A stretch of DNA of 62,758 bases, the filler included, from Asterionella formosa (taxonomy: Eukaryota), in assembly GCA_002256025.1 (NCBI GenBank). It is 12 parts of 12 records of this genome, joined end to end, with 100 filler letters (N's around TTAATTAATTAA, not from the genome) between each part and the next. Parts side by side here need not be neighbours in the genome. Positions count along the whole stretch, not along the records: positions 10,492 to 15,635 come from NKIB01013200.1; positions 15,736 to 20,875 come from NKIB01013202.1; positions 20,976 to 26,115 come from NKIB01013203.1; 9 more parts are not named here. One strand, given 5' to 3'. The notes beneath the pieces were generated by a model that saw only the letters and a list, made by a program, of their open reading frames with translations, did no database searches and was not told the origin of the DNA. Position 1 is the first letter of the stretch; every line of letters starts with the position of its first letter. Positions 11,015 through 22,900 of this stretch are shown here, one piece after another. The position numbers and the translations under genes are program-made.

Positions 11015-14000
11015 GGGTGATTTATGAAAGGACGCTTCTTTATTCGTGGTGGGATTTGATTGTGCCCGTACTGCACTTCTGGTTCCTCCTGGTCGTGTTT
11101 GAACTACGGTACATAATTCTTGTGTTCTTCCACTGCCTCTCGTGGAATTCTACAGTACATGCAAGCTCCAAATTCATTCAGTCATGCTAGTAGCAGTAGC
11201 ACATTTCTACACTGGAATTATTGTCCAACATAAAGAGTATATGTATAAATGGATATATTTAATAATAAGTATGTACAAGACTACATTACCGGTATATAGT
11301 GGTTATTAAAGGGTTTTATTGTGGAGTGTTTTGCCAGTATACCAGTATGTGTATCGAACAATACTATTATTACTGACACATCTATCACATAGATTCTACA
11401 TAAACTTTCGTACCGGGTATGATATACTTATTTTACATAGAATACAGGACGATGGATGACGTTGTTTCATCACGAATGAGATCATGAAGACATTTTGAGA
11501 AATTACGAGCTTAGCTGTGTCCTGAATACCCGCTACACCAGTATCATTTTAAATGCACAGGAGGTCCATTTTTATTGGAAAGAACATACCGGTACTCGTA
11601 GTTGTACCCTACTGATATGTACCTGGTACCGTAATCATTCTTAAAAGGTGGAAGTTTAGTCCAATGTATATACCGGTTTATAAAATGGAGTAAATGAACC
11701 CGAGGGTCATTGTTGCTCATCATTCCGGGCAGTAAGCCAAATTCAGGGAATGATTGAGAATTTTTTCCCATCCACCCATGGTACTAGTACAAGGCTATTA
11801 CATAACAGTACAGACAAAGTTGCAAGAGTGAGACTTGTTTCTTCCTATTTCAGTTCTTCCAAATTCATGTACAGAAAACCCTTTGCCTGTTCTCAATACG
11901 TTTATGTTTGAGAAGGATAAAAACGATGAAAGATTCACATGGACAACTTTTCGTTGTATGGGTACAAAGGATTTTTGATCCCTTATGTTGCCTACTACGG
12001 CAACGTCATTTAGCTTTTTTGTTTACAGTATACTGTAGCGATTTTTTTACTTTCTCTACTTTTTTATCATCGTCGACTAATTTAGCAAATTTTCTTGTCC
12101 CCTGCTTTTATATGCCCTGAACGACCTCCTCCTGATGACTCAGCATGGGAAATCATCACCATGTGAATTGCTACTGGTAGTGTTTGTTTACAACAAGAGC
12201 AAAATATCATCCAGAATGATAGTGGTAGCTAATTAGTACGATGTTGTTTTTGCTACTTGTCTAGAAACAGCTATGCTATGCTACTAGCAGGAGAATAGTA
12301 GAAACACTATATTTATAGAAACTAGCTACCGTAGATGAGAGTTTGTGTTTGTCCCTCGTCTAGAAAATGGGAATTTGGGTTGATTGTTGGATTTCAGCTG
12401 CCCAGCCAGACCAACACGACTGCATTGGACAGTTCTCCTCTAAATTTACGACCTTCTCTTCCACCATGATGCAGAGGAAACCCTTGTCCCAGCACCCTTT
12501 CCAACAAGCAACATTGTTGACCTAATTTCTGAATATTTTGCTTGCTGCCTCATGATTGCTTGAAATTGACCATGATGTCAAATTCGGCTCAGCTGATTGC
12601 AGACTATTATTCTATCCGCTCCTTTGCTTACAAGAGAAACAACGTCAGGACAAGACAACTACACTTACCATGTATTTCCTCACTTGTGTACTTGCTTCGA
12701 TAAAGACGAGCCAGAGGAGAGGCCTTTTTGCTATGATCAAAGCACCAGCAAGCCTCAGTCAAGCTCATCCTCTTGGGCACAGTGGTGAGCTTGGATGCCG
12801 CCTTGACCATTTGGAAGGGCGTTGTTACGAATGGGAGTCTTTCCACATATTCGAGAGCGACGTTTTACCTTGGGACCAGAATTTACTGTGGAAACCTTTT
12901 TGAGCCATTGGAAGAAGATTATGATGTTGATAGTACAATATTGTCACAATGTGGCAGGATCTCAATCAGCAGCCACCTGTGGAGCACTAATGAAAGCAGT
13001 ATTCTTGCACCATGGGAGCGCAAGTGACGAGTGATTTAAATGCTACTAGATCAGGACGACTGCCCAATTTGCAAAGCTTCAGTCCTTTCAAGAATTCAAG
13101 ATACACTCATGTTGATCTCGTCCAATATTGCTACTGTCACTACTTCCAGGAGCAAGGGACAATCAAATCCCGATTCATCATCAGAATCGGACGACCATGA
13201 CACTGAGTTGGATCCATGTAGTGATGAGTGAAAACTATTTCTGACTTGAAGGAGGCAACCTCATTTATTAGACAAGACTAAGCTATGTTTGCATGGCTGG
13301 TCACCGTGATCTCGGTCTCACTGTTGCTCAAGTGCTTGCATGCTTGATGGATTCTGGAAAGAACCTTTGTTGGGATCATTAAATCTAACTTATCACAAGA
13401 AAGGAACCTCGATTATCGAATGGTCTGATGTGAGAAGCGGCCTAACAAATCATCGTCAATGAAAACATTGAAACCACACAAATACGACTATGTAGTCTGC
13501 ACTCCGGTATTCGCCTCAAGCTGTGCCGTGTTGTACCTCTTCATCAACACGGGCATTGGTTGTTCCCTACCGGTATGAGAAAATTACGTGTGAGGTAAGA
13601 GGGTACAAGATACCCAGAACACCCCATGGTACCCCCAGGTACCATTTGTACTGGTACCTGGAGCAATATGTACAAGGTATGTACTCCTTGCCATCATGAA
13701 CAACAGCCGAGCGCTGGCTGGGAGTTCCGGGAAAGTCCGAATACTATTGCGAACATTTGTCCACACATGCATACTGCTGTATGTAACATAAACCATACAA
13801 AACAGTAGACTACCATGGTGCTAGTCTCTATGCTCATCAGTTTGCAGAAGAAGCAGAGGAGGAAGAGATGGAAGCCATTGCATCGGAGGATTTGGCAGGA
13901 GCAATGCTCCCTCAAGATGCCAAGAAAAAGTATGTCGTTGGATCCAGGAAAGAAACTCCGTTTGCAGAGGAGGTGAAAGTGGAAGACCAACAGAAGAAAG

Positions 14001-14885
14001 CCGCAGTTATCGTGCCTCCTCAAGATGACAACGATACGGAAAACCGACTCGCTGTTGTTTTTCATCTTTTTGCGTTCCATAAAGATAAAATCCTGTTTCT
14101 TCGAAGGATACTGGGGGATGCACTACCGGTAGCTATTGACACTGACACTGAAGCATGAGACGACTCTTTGCAGTGACGGATGAGCGATTCCGGCTATTGA
14201 GACAGGAAAGTGATCCATCCGTCTTGGCTCGACCCACCAGCATACACGTAAAGGAGGCATCATTCATGATACAATTCCTGCTGAAGTAAAGCATGAAGAA
14301 GGAGCAAAAGTACGCCGTAGTCGTCATGGTCATGTTCATGTTCATGTTCATGATGAACGAAAGGATAATACTCGACGAGACCTGACATTGCAACATGCCC
14401 AAAGGGAGAAAGCTGTTCAGCTACTACAACAACAACAACAACTACTACTACTACTTTCAATGAGGCATGTAATATCAATGAGACTCGCAAAAAGTCGTTG
14501 CACAGGAAAATCGAGAAAATAAGATACAAGCATCAACAAAGGAGTCAATCACGACCTCCTAGTGAAGTAGTCATTAGGGAGGACCGCGCACCACCACCAC
14601 CACATTATCACCTTTTCCTGTCAACACCTGAGAAAGTGTGGATCAGGTTTGATCATGAGTATCCAGCACCAAGACATTGCTAAGGTCACATGTACAACTA
14701 CCAGGGACCAGAAACATATTTTGGAGGCACCACAGCAGCACCAAGCAATCTTTTCTAATGACGACAATTTGGTAGAGCATTGGTTGGAAAAAGAAAAAGA
14801 GAATCGAACCAGGAGAAAATCACTAGTATGTAGTTATATCTTAATCATTTTTTATCATGACTTCATCAAGAAAACAGATAACATT

Positions 14886-15635
14886 TCACTTAATGTTTTT
14901 CCTCCAAAGTATTGAGCGTTTTTGCTGGTTTTTCATCTTCATGCCATCAAGTTCTTCCTGCAGCTTTGCAATCACATCACTAAAAGCTGTAATTTGTTCT
15001 AACGCTTTCCTTTCTCTTTCCATTACCTCCTTAATATCCTGAGTATTTCTACAAACGTCATCCTTGTAAGCTTCACGATGATCTGCATACATTAGACCAC
15101 CATCACTTTGTGGTGTGGGCTTCATCTTGGCCACATTTTGTTTAACCGCATCTAATTCGCGCTCAAATTTGGCTCTATCTGCAAGAGCATCATTCAACAT
15201 CTGGGAGTATTGCTTCAGAGAATCTTTCAATATCTGCACTTCTTCAGCATGGGAAACTTTCAAGTTTTCCAGTTCCTTGAAAAGAAAACCCACATCAACT
15301 CCACTGGATCCTTGGATGATCAAGGCGTCTTTATCACTGACCACTTTGGTTTTGTCAGTTACGCAGTATTGGATGTCTTGATTCAAAACAGAACCATTAT
15401 TTGCATTCATGGTAGTGACTGCATTTGGAAGTTGAATCTTTGGTAGTTTCTTAACTTCATCAATGGTCATGTTCAAGGTAGTTGCAGCAAGACATTCATG
15501 CAGGTTTTTCTCGAAATTGAAACTATCAAAAAGATTGTAGAGAGGAGTATCTACTCCTGGCTTCATTATGTGAGCAAGAGCACAGTCAGCAACTGCACAT
15601 CCTTTGTCCCTTGCCGGTGTGTTTGCTTTCTCAGC
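14886..15635 (-). CDS. Hypothetical protein with C-terminal coiled coil; 5'-partial
   Basis: Frame is open to the contig end (about 250 codons); no recognisable domain. Confidence 0.45.
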   Translation of the reverse strand, partial: AEKANTPARDKGCAVADCALAHIMKPGVDTPLYNLFDSFNFEKNLHECLAATTLNMTIDEVKKLPKIQLPNAVTTMNANNGSVLNQDIQYCVTDKTKVVSDKDALIIQGSSGVDVGFLFKELENLKVSHAEEVQILKDSLKQYSQMLNDALADRAKFERELDAVKQNVAKMKPTPQSDGGLMYADHREAYKDDVCRNTQDIKEVMERERKALEQITAFSDVIAKLQEELDGMKMKNQQKRSILWRKNIK

Positions 15636-15911
15636 NNNNNNNNNNNNNNNNNNNNNNNNNNNNNNNNNNNNNNNNNNNNTTAATTAATTAANNNNNNNNN
15701 NNNNNNNNNNNNNNNNNNNNNNNNNNNNNNNNNNNTTCCCTCGGGCAGGTTTTTATGTGGCGGAGTCAAAACAAAATGTGACTTTACATGTGCATCAGTC
15801 TGCATCGGTTAGACCCACCAAAAATAGTCAAGACTTCGTAAATCTGGAGCAAATCAAAATGCATCTTAGAGTCCGAACGATACTAGAGTGTCGGTGCGAC
15901 GACACTTAACG

Positions 15912-16572
15912 TGACACACGTAAAATTCTCAATTCTTGCTTTGAAATAGTGGGAAAGTAACGACTAGCTACCGGTATGCATGAATATTTTGTACGGTGAG
16001 ATGGGAGCCAAGCGTGACCCTGTGATAGCTCGTAGTAGTGGTGGATGATAGGTGTAAAATGTGCAAGATGCCGAGGATGAGGCCGCGCCGCCTCGAAAAC
16101 ATGTGAAGATGGTTCTTTCGCTTACAAGTACCGGCATATCATATTTTTAACGGATGAACAGCATCGGAAACCAGACTACCGGTACGCTAGTTATAAAATC
16201 GTTTCGTAGGGCTATGTACCAGGTACATGGTACCATACATGTTTTTAAAGTATCTAGTACGCTTGAGTAGTATACGTCCATATTTATCTCTCAGCTAGCT
16301 ATTTCTCGTGATCTACTTCTAGATCTTTAGTAAACGTCAGAAAATCACTTTCTGATTTACTTTATTGTGAGCTTTCTACTACTTAGAAAGAGCTCCTTCC
16401 TAAGATCCATTTTCGATCTTTCAACTTCTACTTCAATCATCTCGTCATCATCTTTACCAAAACAATTCTGTGGTCCCTGGGAGCCACATTTACTATAACA
16501 CATAGTTGGAGCATAATCATAGTTGCAGTCACTTTTGTGACTCAACTCAAATGATCCCTTCACTATTTGTCA
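15912..16572 (-). repeat. Putative 3' LTR of the copia element (start secure, end tentative)
   Basis: Begins TGACA right after the PPT. An inverted TGTCA terminus at 15912 is only a candidate end. Confidence 0.4.
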
Positions 16573-19500
16573 CTCTCCCTGATCTCTGGTCCAACAGTCC
16601 AGTGTACTGTTTGAGATATTAGACGCATGTAGATCGTGGATTCTGGCTATGACATTCTTTGACAGAAGATCTGATGGATTCTTCTCCGTGTTGACATATT
16701 GAACTCTTATGCCTCCACATTCAACTTTCTCGCGTATAAAGTGATGTCTCACATCAATGTGTTTCGTTCGTCCTCCGGCTTGCTTGTTCTTCGATAGGAA
16801 AATTGCGTCAGTATCATCTGCTGATATAATGCTTGGTAGTTCAACAGTAGCGATTTCGTTTAAAAGATGTGCAGTGAACTTAGTTTCCTTTGCTCCATCT
16901 CTGACATTGACACATATTCAGCCTCAGCGCTTGACAATGTCACAATTGTCTGCCCTTTTGATATCCAATTAACTAGTGCAGTACCGCCAACGGTTCCCAA
17001 ATAGGCACTCGTTGATTTTCTTGTGTCAGGATTATCGCCGAAAGAGCTGTCAACGACATCTTGTACACATAGTTCCTTTGGTGGTCTCAACTTCAATCTT
17101 CGATTTTCGGGTTTAGCACAAATATACCCAAGTATTCTTTCTACTGTGTTCCAGTGCTCATCACTTGGATTATCCAAATGTTGTGACAATTCTCGGCATG
17201 CATTGGAACAAACAGGACCAATCTTTTTAACGTAGTTTAGTAGCTTGCCTACCATAGATCGGTACTCTTTATGCTTCACTGGATTCCCAGTTGACAATCT
17301 CAACATAGTACTGGGGAAAGCCGGAGTTAATGCATCTTTTGGAAAATGTCCAAAGATATCTTTGAAATCGTCTTTCATGCCTTGGACAAAACTTTCCATA
17401 CTACTCTCTAAGTAGCGTCCTGTAGAATCCTCTCCCCTTTGTACCACACGCCCAGGTGTTTCTTCAATTGTCCAAGTTCTTTAATTGTGAAATATTTCTT
17501 TATCTCCTTCCTGAACCACTCTACATCACTAGGCTTTCCGGCCACTGCGTAGTCGTCAACGTGTGAGGCAATTAGTAAGACTAATTTCCCATTCCATTTC
17601 AAATAGAAAATACATGCTTCCACTTGACATTGAGTCAGACCAACTAATTTCAAAATTTCAACAAGTTTCTTAAAAAACTGCAAAGCTCACTGAAATGTCC
17701 CATGTATCGCTTTTTTGAGCAAGATGCAATAATTTTCGGTGTCGGCTTTTGTTTCATAGCCAAGCTCTTCTATTCCTTCTGGCCAGCCAATATAGATTGC
17801 TTCGTCCATATCACCTTCTGGGAATGCCGCTTCCACATCAACAATTTTGCAAATCCATCGTTCGTTAACATCCTTGCTGTGATTATAGAGTGTGATTGCA
17901 AAAACTGTTCTTGTTGTTGTATCTGTTGCAACTGGGGCAAATGACTCCGTGAAGTCGACGCCAGGGATTTGTACATATCCCTTCACAACAATTCCTCCTT
18001 TATAGAAATGGATGGATAAGTCTTGTTCAGAATTCTTCTTAAACAACCATCGACTGCCTAGCATCTTGCGTTCATTGAGCATTTTCCTTGGAAATTTCTC
18101 CCACACTTTGCGTTTGTAGAAATTGTTAATTTCCACTTTAATTGCCTCGATCCACTTATCACGTTCAGGATCAGTCATTGCTTGTTTGTACCCTTTTGGT
18201 TCTCCAGGATCAGATGCTAATGATGTTGAATATATCCAATGTATTCCAACGACTCTGTCAATTTCACTGACCATTGTTGTAAGAACCTTGTCGTGTTGTT
18301 TTGGTGGTGGTGCCATCATAATCAGTGCTCTTCTAGCATTTATCATGGGGATCTGTGTCCATCCATCCAATTTCCTCATTTCTCGTTGCAATTTTACGGA
18401 ATACATCTATTCATGGTAAGTGAAAATAGAATGGAACTGCATGTTGTTGCATAAAAATAATATGACTAACATGTATTTGCTTCGCAGTTGTTACAACATT
18501 CATTAACATGAATACTAATAATGAAGGAAAGCTCTGATACGGAGAAGAAGGGAATGAGGAGAGGCAACCCGCCGCTATCAGCAACATCAGTTCATCCTTC
18601 GGAATCAGACAAGTACAAGGGAAAGGATGAAGTGGGCAGTTACAGTTGTGTCAGAAACGGGGTAGCAGGGAAGAAGCAGACAAGAGAATGAACAGGAGTG
18701 AGACGGTGTGAGATAACGGTTTCTATAGAAAGATTGAAACAATTCTAAATTTAGTAGTTAAATTACAATCCGTTTCCACATATTTTGGACAAATACTTCA
18801 TAGAGATACGATGGTAATAATATGGCTAAAAGATGAACAAATACACAATAAAGGATGTAGTTAAGGTAAATCGATGATGGTCTTGTAAGTACAATTAGTA
18901 ATTCATGGTCATGAGAAGGGCGATTGAAATTCAAAGAGAAGTAATGATTTCGACTTGAGTTGTTGTTACTCATTTACTGTATTTGTATGATTACTTTGTG
19001 GTTATCATTATGAGTCAATATGGATCAATATTAGAACAATATGATCAAATATTATAAGTATAAACATGCTTATCAAATATTCATATATAAAGTATGTACC
19101 TGTAACACAAATAACAAACGCGGTATGATACCCCTGATCTTATATGTACGATACTTTTGTTTGCAGACGTTTGGAAGCACTATCTGTATTCTCTCTCCCT
19201 GCTTCAGGGTTGTCAGCAAAATGCACATGAGGTTTTAAGGGGGGGGGGGTTTGTTGTAGCCAGGGTACTAGCTCAAACACTGGTAGCTAGGGGTACCACA
19301 ATTGCTGGGGGTAGTTTGACATTTTCCATGATGTCATATACAGTCGTATTTGTTGTGATATTGGACTTTCCATGCCACTCTCCCCACTTAATGTTCCTAG
19401 TATTGATCACTTTCTTGGTGTCTGGTCAGTACACTCTATATGTGTCCCCTGCATGGTTGTCAGAGTACCCAATCATTATACACTTAGTTGCTTTAGCCTC

Positions 19501-20568
19501 AAGTTTAGGTCTTTTTCCTGGTATTTTTACCCAACCAATTCTTCCAAATTCAACAAGATTATCATATATCTCGGGACACTTCCCATAGAAAATCCAATCT
19601 GGGCTTTTCTGCATGTTGTTTGTATTGTATACACTATTTGTGAGGCGTGTGTGTGTGTTGATACTTTCTGCCCATAAGAGTCCTTGTGACTCATCAGAAA
19701 ATCCTTCAACATTGCAGTGACGCTTCTGTCTCTAATAGTCACAAATTTGCGTTCCACCATACCGTTTTGCTGTGGGGTGTGTGGAGCAGTAAATTCGATA
19801 GTGATATTAAGCCTGTCACACATTGCAGAAAGTCCCTTGATATTTTCCCCAGCATTGTCACATGCATCGCAGGTACCAAATGATGTAGTTGGCATTGCGT
19901 AATTTAAGCAATAGTGGTTCCACTGTAGCCGCCATCTGCGACTTTTTCTTGACAAAGAAACTCCAGGATTTTCCACTTCATTCATCAACGACCAAAGTCC
20001 AGTAAGTACTCCCAACAATATTCTTCTTGTAAGGGCCACTTATATCTGCACCTAAACGCTCACCTGCCATAGTCGCTTTGTTAGTTGCACCTTTAGGTAC
20101 AGCCTTTGATTTTGCTTTAGCCAAAGCACATCCCTCACATGGCTGTTGGACTCCACTGGTCTCAATACCAATCGACTTCAATGTAGCACGCAGAGCTGCC
20201 TCGCTAGTGTGCCCGAATTTGTCATGTGCAACATTGATGTCCATACTTTTCTTAGGTGTAGGCTTAATAGGGTTGCCAGTCATTGGCGCAGCGTCCTCTT
20301 TGTTGTCCTCTGTGGACAATGCTGTTTCGTTGCCGTGCTTTTTAGTACCATGCATATAGTAGAGCACACCGTTGGCCTTGCTCTTGAAAGTTAGTCCGTC
20401 ATGCTCCCCTTCCTTGCGTAGGGTCATCTTGTCCTTGAGAATACCAACCTCGAAACTGCCATTACGCACAAGCATACCGACACTTAGTGTATTCTTGTGG
20501 AAGGTAGGTGTATAGTACAGGACCTTCTTCAGGAGTAGGACCTTCTGTGTAGCAGTATCAGTGAGGAG
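16570..20568 (-). mobile_element. Degenerate Ty1/copia retrotransposon pol (pre-integrase, integrase, RT, RNase H) with frameshifts and stops
   Basis: KKVLY.PTFHKN.LSVG; H.KFGH..CEGC; DNAGEN..TAPHTPQQNGMVER; GYVQIPGVDFTESFAPV; HVDD; TRKSTS..LSSAEAEY; RHHFIREKV..NPSDLLSKN. Order IN-RT-RH. PPT AGGGAGAG at 16580-16573 is followed by TGACA. Confidence 0.93.
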
Positions 20569-20834
20569 TGTTGAAATTGCGTCCCGAAGCACTCTATGCT
20601 TTCTTGTACCCTGTAAGGACAAGTCAGGGACCAAATAGGCTGTAGATATAACAACGATGTCTCCGTGATCGATTGTAATCGTTCCTAAGAGTTTTAATAG
20701 AATTATGGGTTTTTACTGTTGGCGTAGATTGTTTTCGAATTCTCTGGTACCATATTCTTTCTTGATTCATTCGATTCAATATGTAGTAGGTAATTTATAC
20801 CGGGATTTTCTTTCCTAAAATATTTTCTCCAACA
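20569..20834 (-). mobile_element. 266-bp LTR (TGTTGG...TTTCAACA) of a second LTR retrotransposon nested in the copia pol
   Basis: TGTTG/CAACA termini, preceded by a PPT-like CAGCAGGAGTG. Copia coding homology resumes at 20568. The first 95 bp are identical to 31261-31355 (+). Confidence 0.7.
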
Positions 20835-21249
20835 CACTCCTGCTGGACACGGATGCTCACTTTGAATTCATAATTNNNNNNNNNNNNNNNNNNNNNNNNN
20901 NNNNNNNNNNNNNNNNNNNTTAATTAATTAANNNNNNNNNNNNNNNNNNNNNNNNNNNNNNNNNNNNNNNNNNNNTGCTCGTCATCATTGCCTGCTTGGT
21001 TGTTGTTGTTGGTTCCTATGACAGCAACATTTTCGGCAATTAAATTCGGGTTGTTGTTGGCATTTGTTATGCCAAAAGCAAAATTAGAAACACTGCCCCC
21101 CCCTGAGCATTTGTCATGCTGGCATCTGCCAGGAAAATCGATTCAAGCTTGTCTGCTTCGTCTCTTGCCCATTCCTTTGCTCACAACAGTGTTGGTAAGG
21201 ATGATGGCAATCTGGGTCGCCTTCTTGCTTGTGATGGTTTCCCTTGTCT

Positions 21250-21579
21250 GTGGTGCCACTGTGCATAATAGCATTCCAAGCGGAGAGTCGATTTGGCATA
21301 AAATACGACAATGCCTTTTTGTAGTATTCCAGGGAAGAAGACTGGCCATGTGTTGGATTGTCATCATTGTTTGGATCCTCAGGACAGCCATACAATTTCA
21401 TAGCCATCCATTTGTAGACATCCTCAGGTGTAACTTCCCCAAGTTCCTCTTGACTAAACTTGTAGCTTTGAGAATATTCTATGCCATGCATCTCTGTATG
21501 ACATCATAGCAATAAGGACACTCTTGTAGACAGGGGATTGTGTAGTTTCATTTACTCTTCTTGTTGACATTGTCGCCAT
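21250..21579 (-). pseudogene. Crypton-like tyrosine-recombinase N-terminal fragment, frameshifted and truncated
   Basis: YKSVLIAMMSYRD/..FSQEELGEVTPEDVYKWMAMKLYG..P..DNPTHGQSSSLEYYKKALSYFMPN..W resembles, from memory, the N-terminus of stramenopile Crypton proteins. The catalytic domain is absent. Confidence 0.55.
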
Positions 21580-22900
21580 CTTGATATTTAGTTCAATTAT
21601 TAACATCAATCCCATTTCATACCATGTTGTTTTGTGATAGAATTTCTTGGACAATACCATAGCATACTGCAGGGTTCCACTGTTCTGTTGGTAGAATATT
21701 CTACCAAAATGTCAAAAAAATTCTACATTCAGTACTACTGGGTAGAATTTTTGCCTTTCTCCATACCATATTTTCACCACCACGGTCAAGCAAGGAGGGG
21801 GTATTACTAGATGTACTACTAGTATAGTACAAGCTAGTACCGCTCAGGAAAAAATATGTTTCTTCCTGTTTGTGATCAAAATCTCATCGATTCATACATT
21901 CTCGCATATGTTTTACTCGATGCCACCAGTCGAACAAACGATTGAGGTAATGAGTAGATATTGGCAGGACGCGCAGATGTTGGATATATATGGAAATAAC
22001 ATCCTCTGCAAATGCATTGTTTCATAGATACGAAATTAGTTATGATTTACTAACAGCTAGGTATATGTGTTACGGTTAGATCTCTTCCATTTCTCCTTCA
22101 CACTGCATCATATTTCTCCTTCACACTACTACCCGTAGAAAGGTAATGTTCATAAGGTAGATGAACGTTTTCTTCTCTTGCAGCAGCATGTCTTCTGTTC
22201 GGCTCCTCAGTATGGTAAGCTCGTTCCCTTTTATTGAAAGCAGAGAAATTGCCCGATGTCTCAACATAGCACTCAATGAAATATTTCTTGAATCTTTTTT
22301 TATCAATTCGCTTATACTCGGGAATGTCACTGTCATGGAGATCCTCCATGGTCACCTGGTAGAATGCTTTATAGTTGTTGTTTGCCTTTAACATCTCTTG
22401 GTGTTCTTTGGGAACTGTCAGGTAAGCCATTCCTTGGCGCTTACAATTCATGAAACATTCCATGTTCAACGATGATTTCTAATTAACTTGCACCTGGTTC
22501 AAAGTAGTGGGTGTTTTAGCCGAACTTTTTGCCTTTTTATAAGCTTTTAATAGAACTTCCTGACTTTCCATTCAGTTCATTTTCAGATGGTGTCACATTT
22601 CCTTCCATTGTTGGTAGCAAGGCCACATTGGAGAACCGTTGGAAAGAACCATCAACACGAATTGGATTTATTTATGGGGTGCTGATTCTTTCAGTTGCTG
22701 GTGAAGTGCCCAAAAGATCACTACTTGAAGAGGCTGTGGGATGGATACTAGCGGTACTTGGATTTTTTGCCTTCCCCAGGTCGTTTTGCACCCTAATCAC
22801 TGGTGGCATATAAGCAAGAATTTACCCGCATTAGAATTGCTTGTGATTACAATAGTGTTAGCTAGTAAATGAGAATAATACTAATATTAATAATAACAAT

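Noticed and set aside
12556..14700. Many short ORFs with microsatellites
   Set aside because: No recognisable domain and frequent stops; likely decayed sequence.
20717..20834. 118-bp mini-LTR with perfect TGTTGG/CCAACA ends, or a 240-bp unit with CACTC flanks
   Set aside because: The first has no TSD or PBS and the second lacks a CA end; the 20569 boundary coincides with resumption of copia coding sequence.
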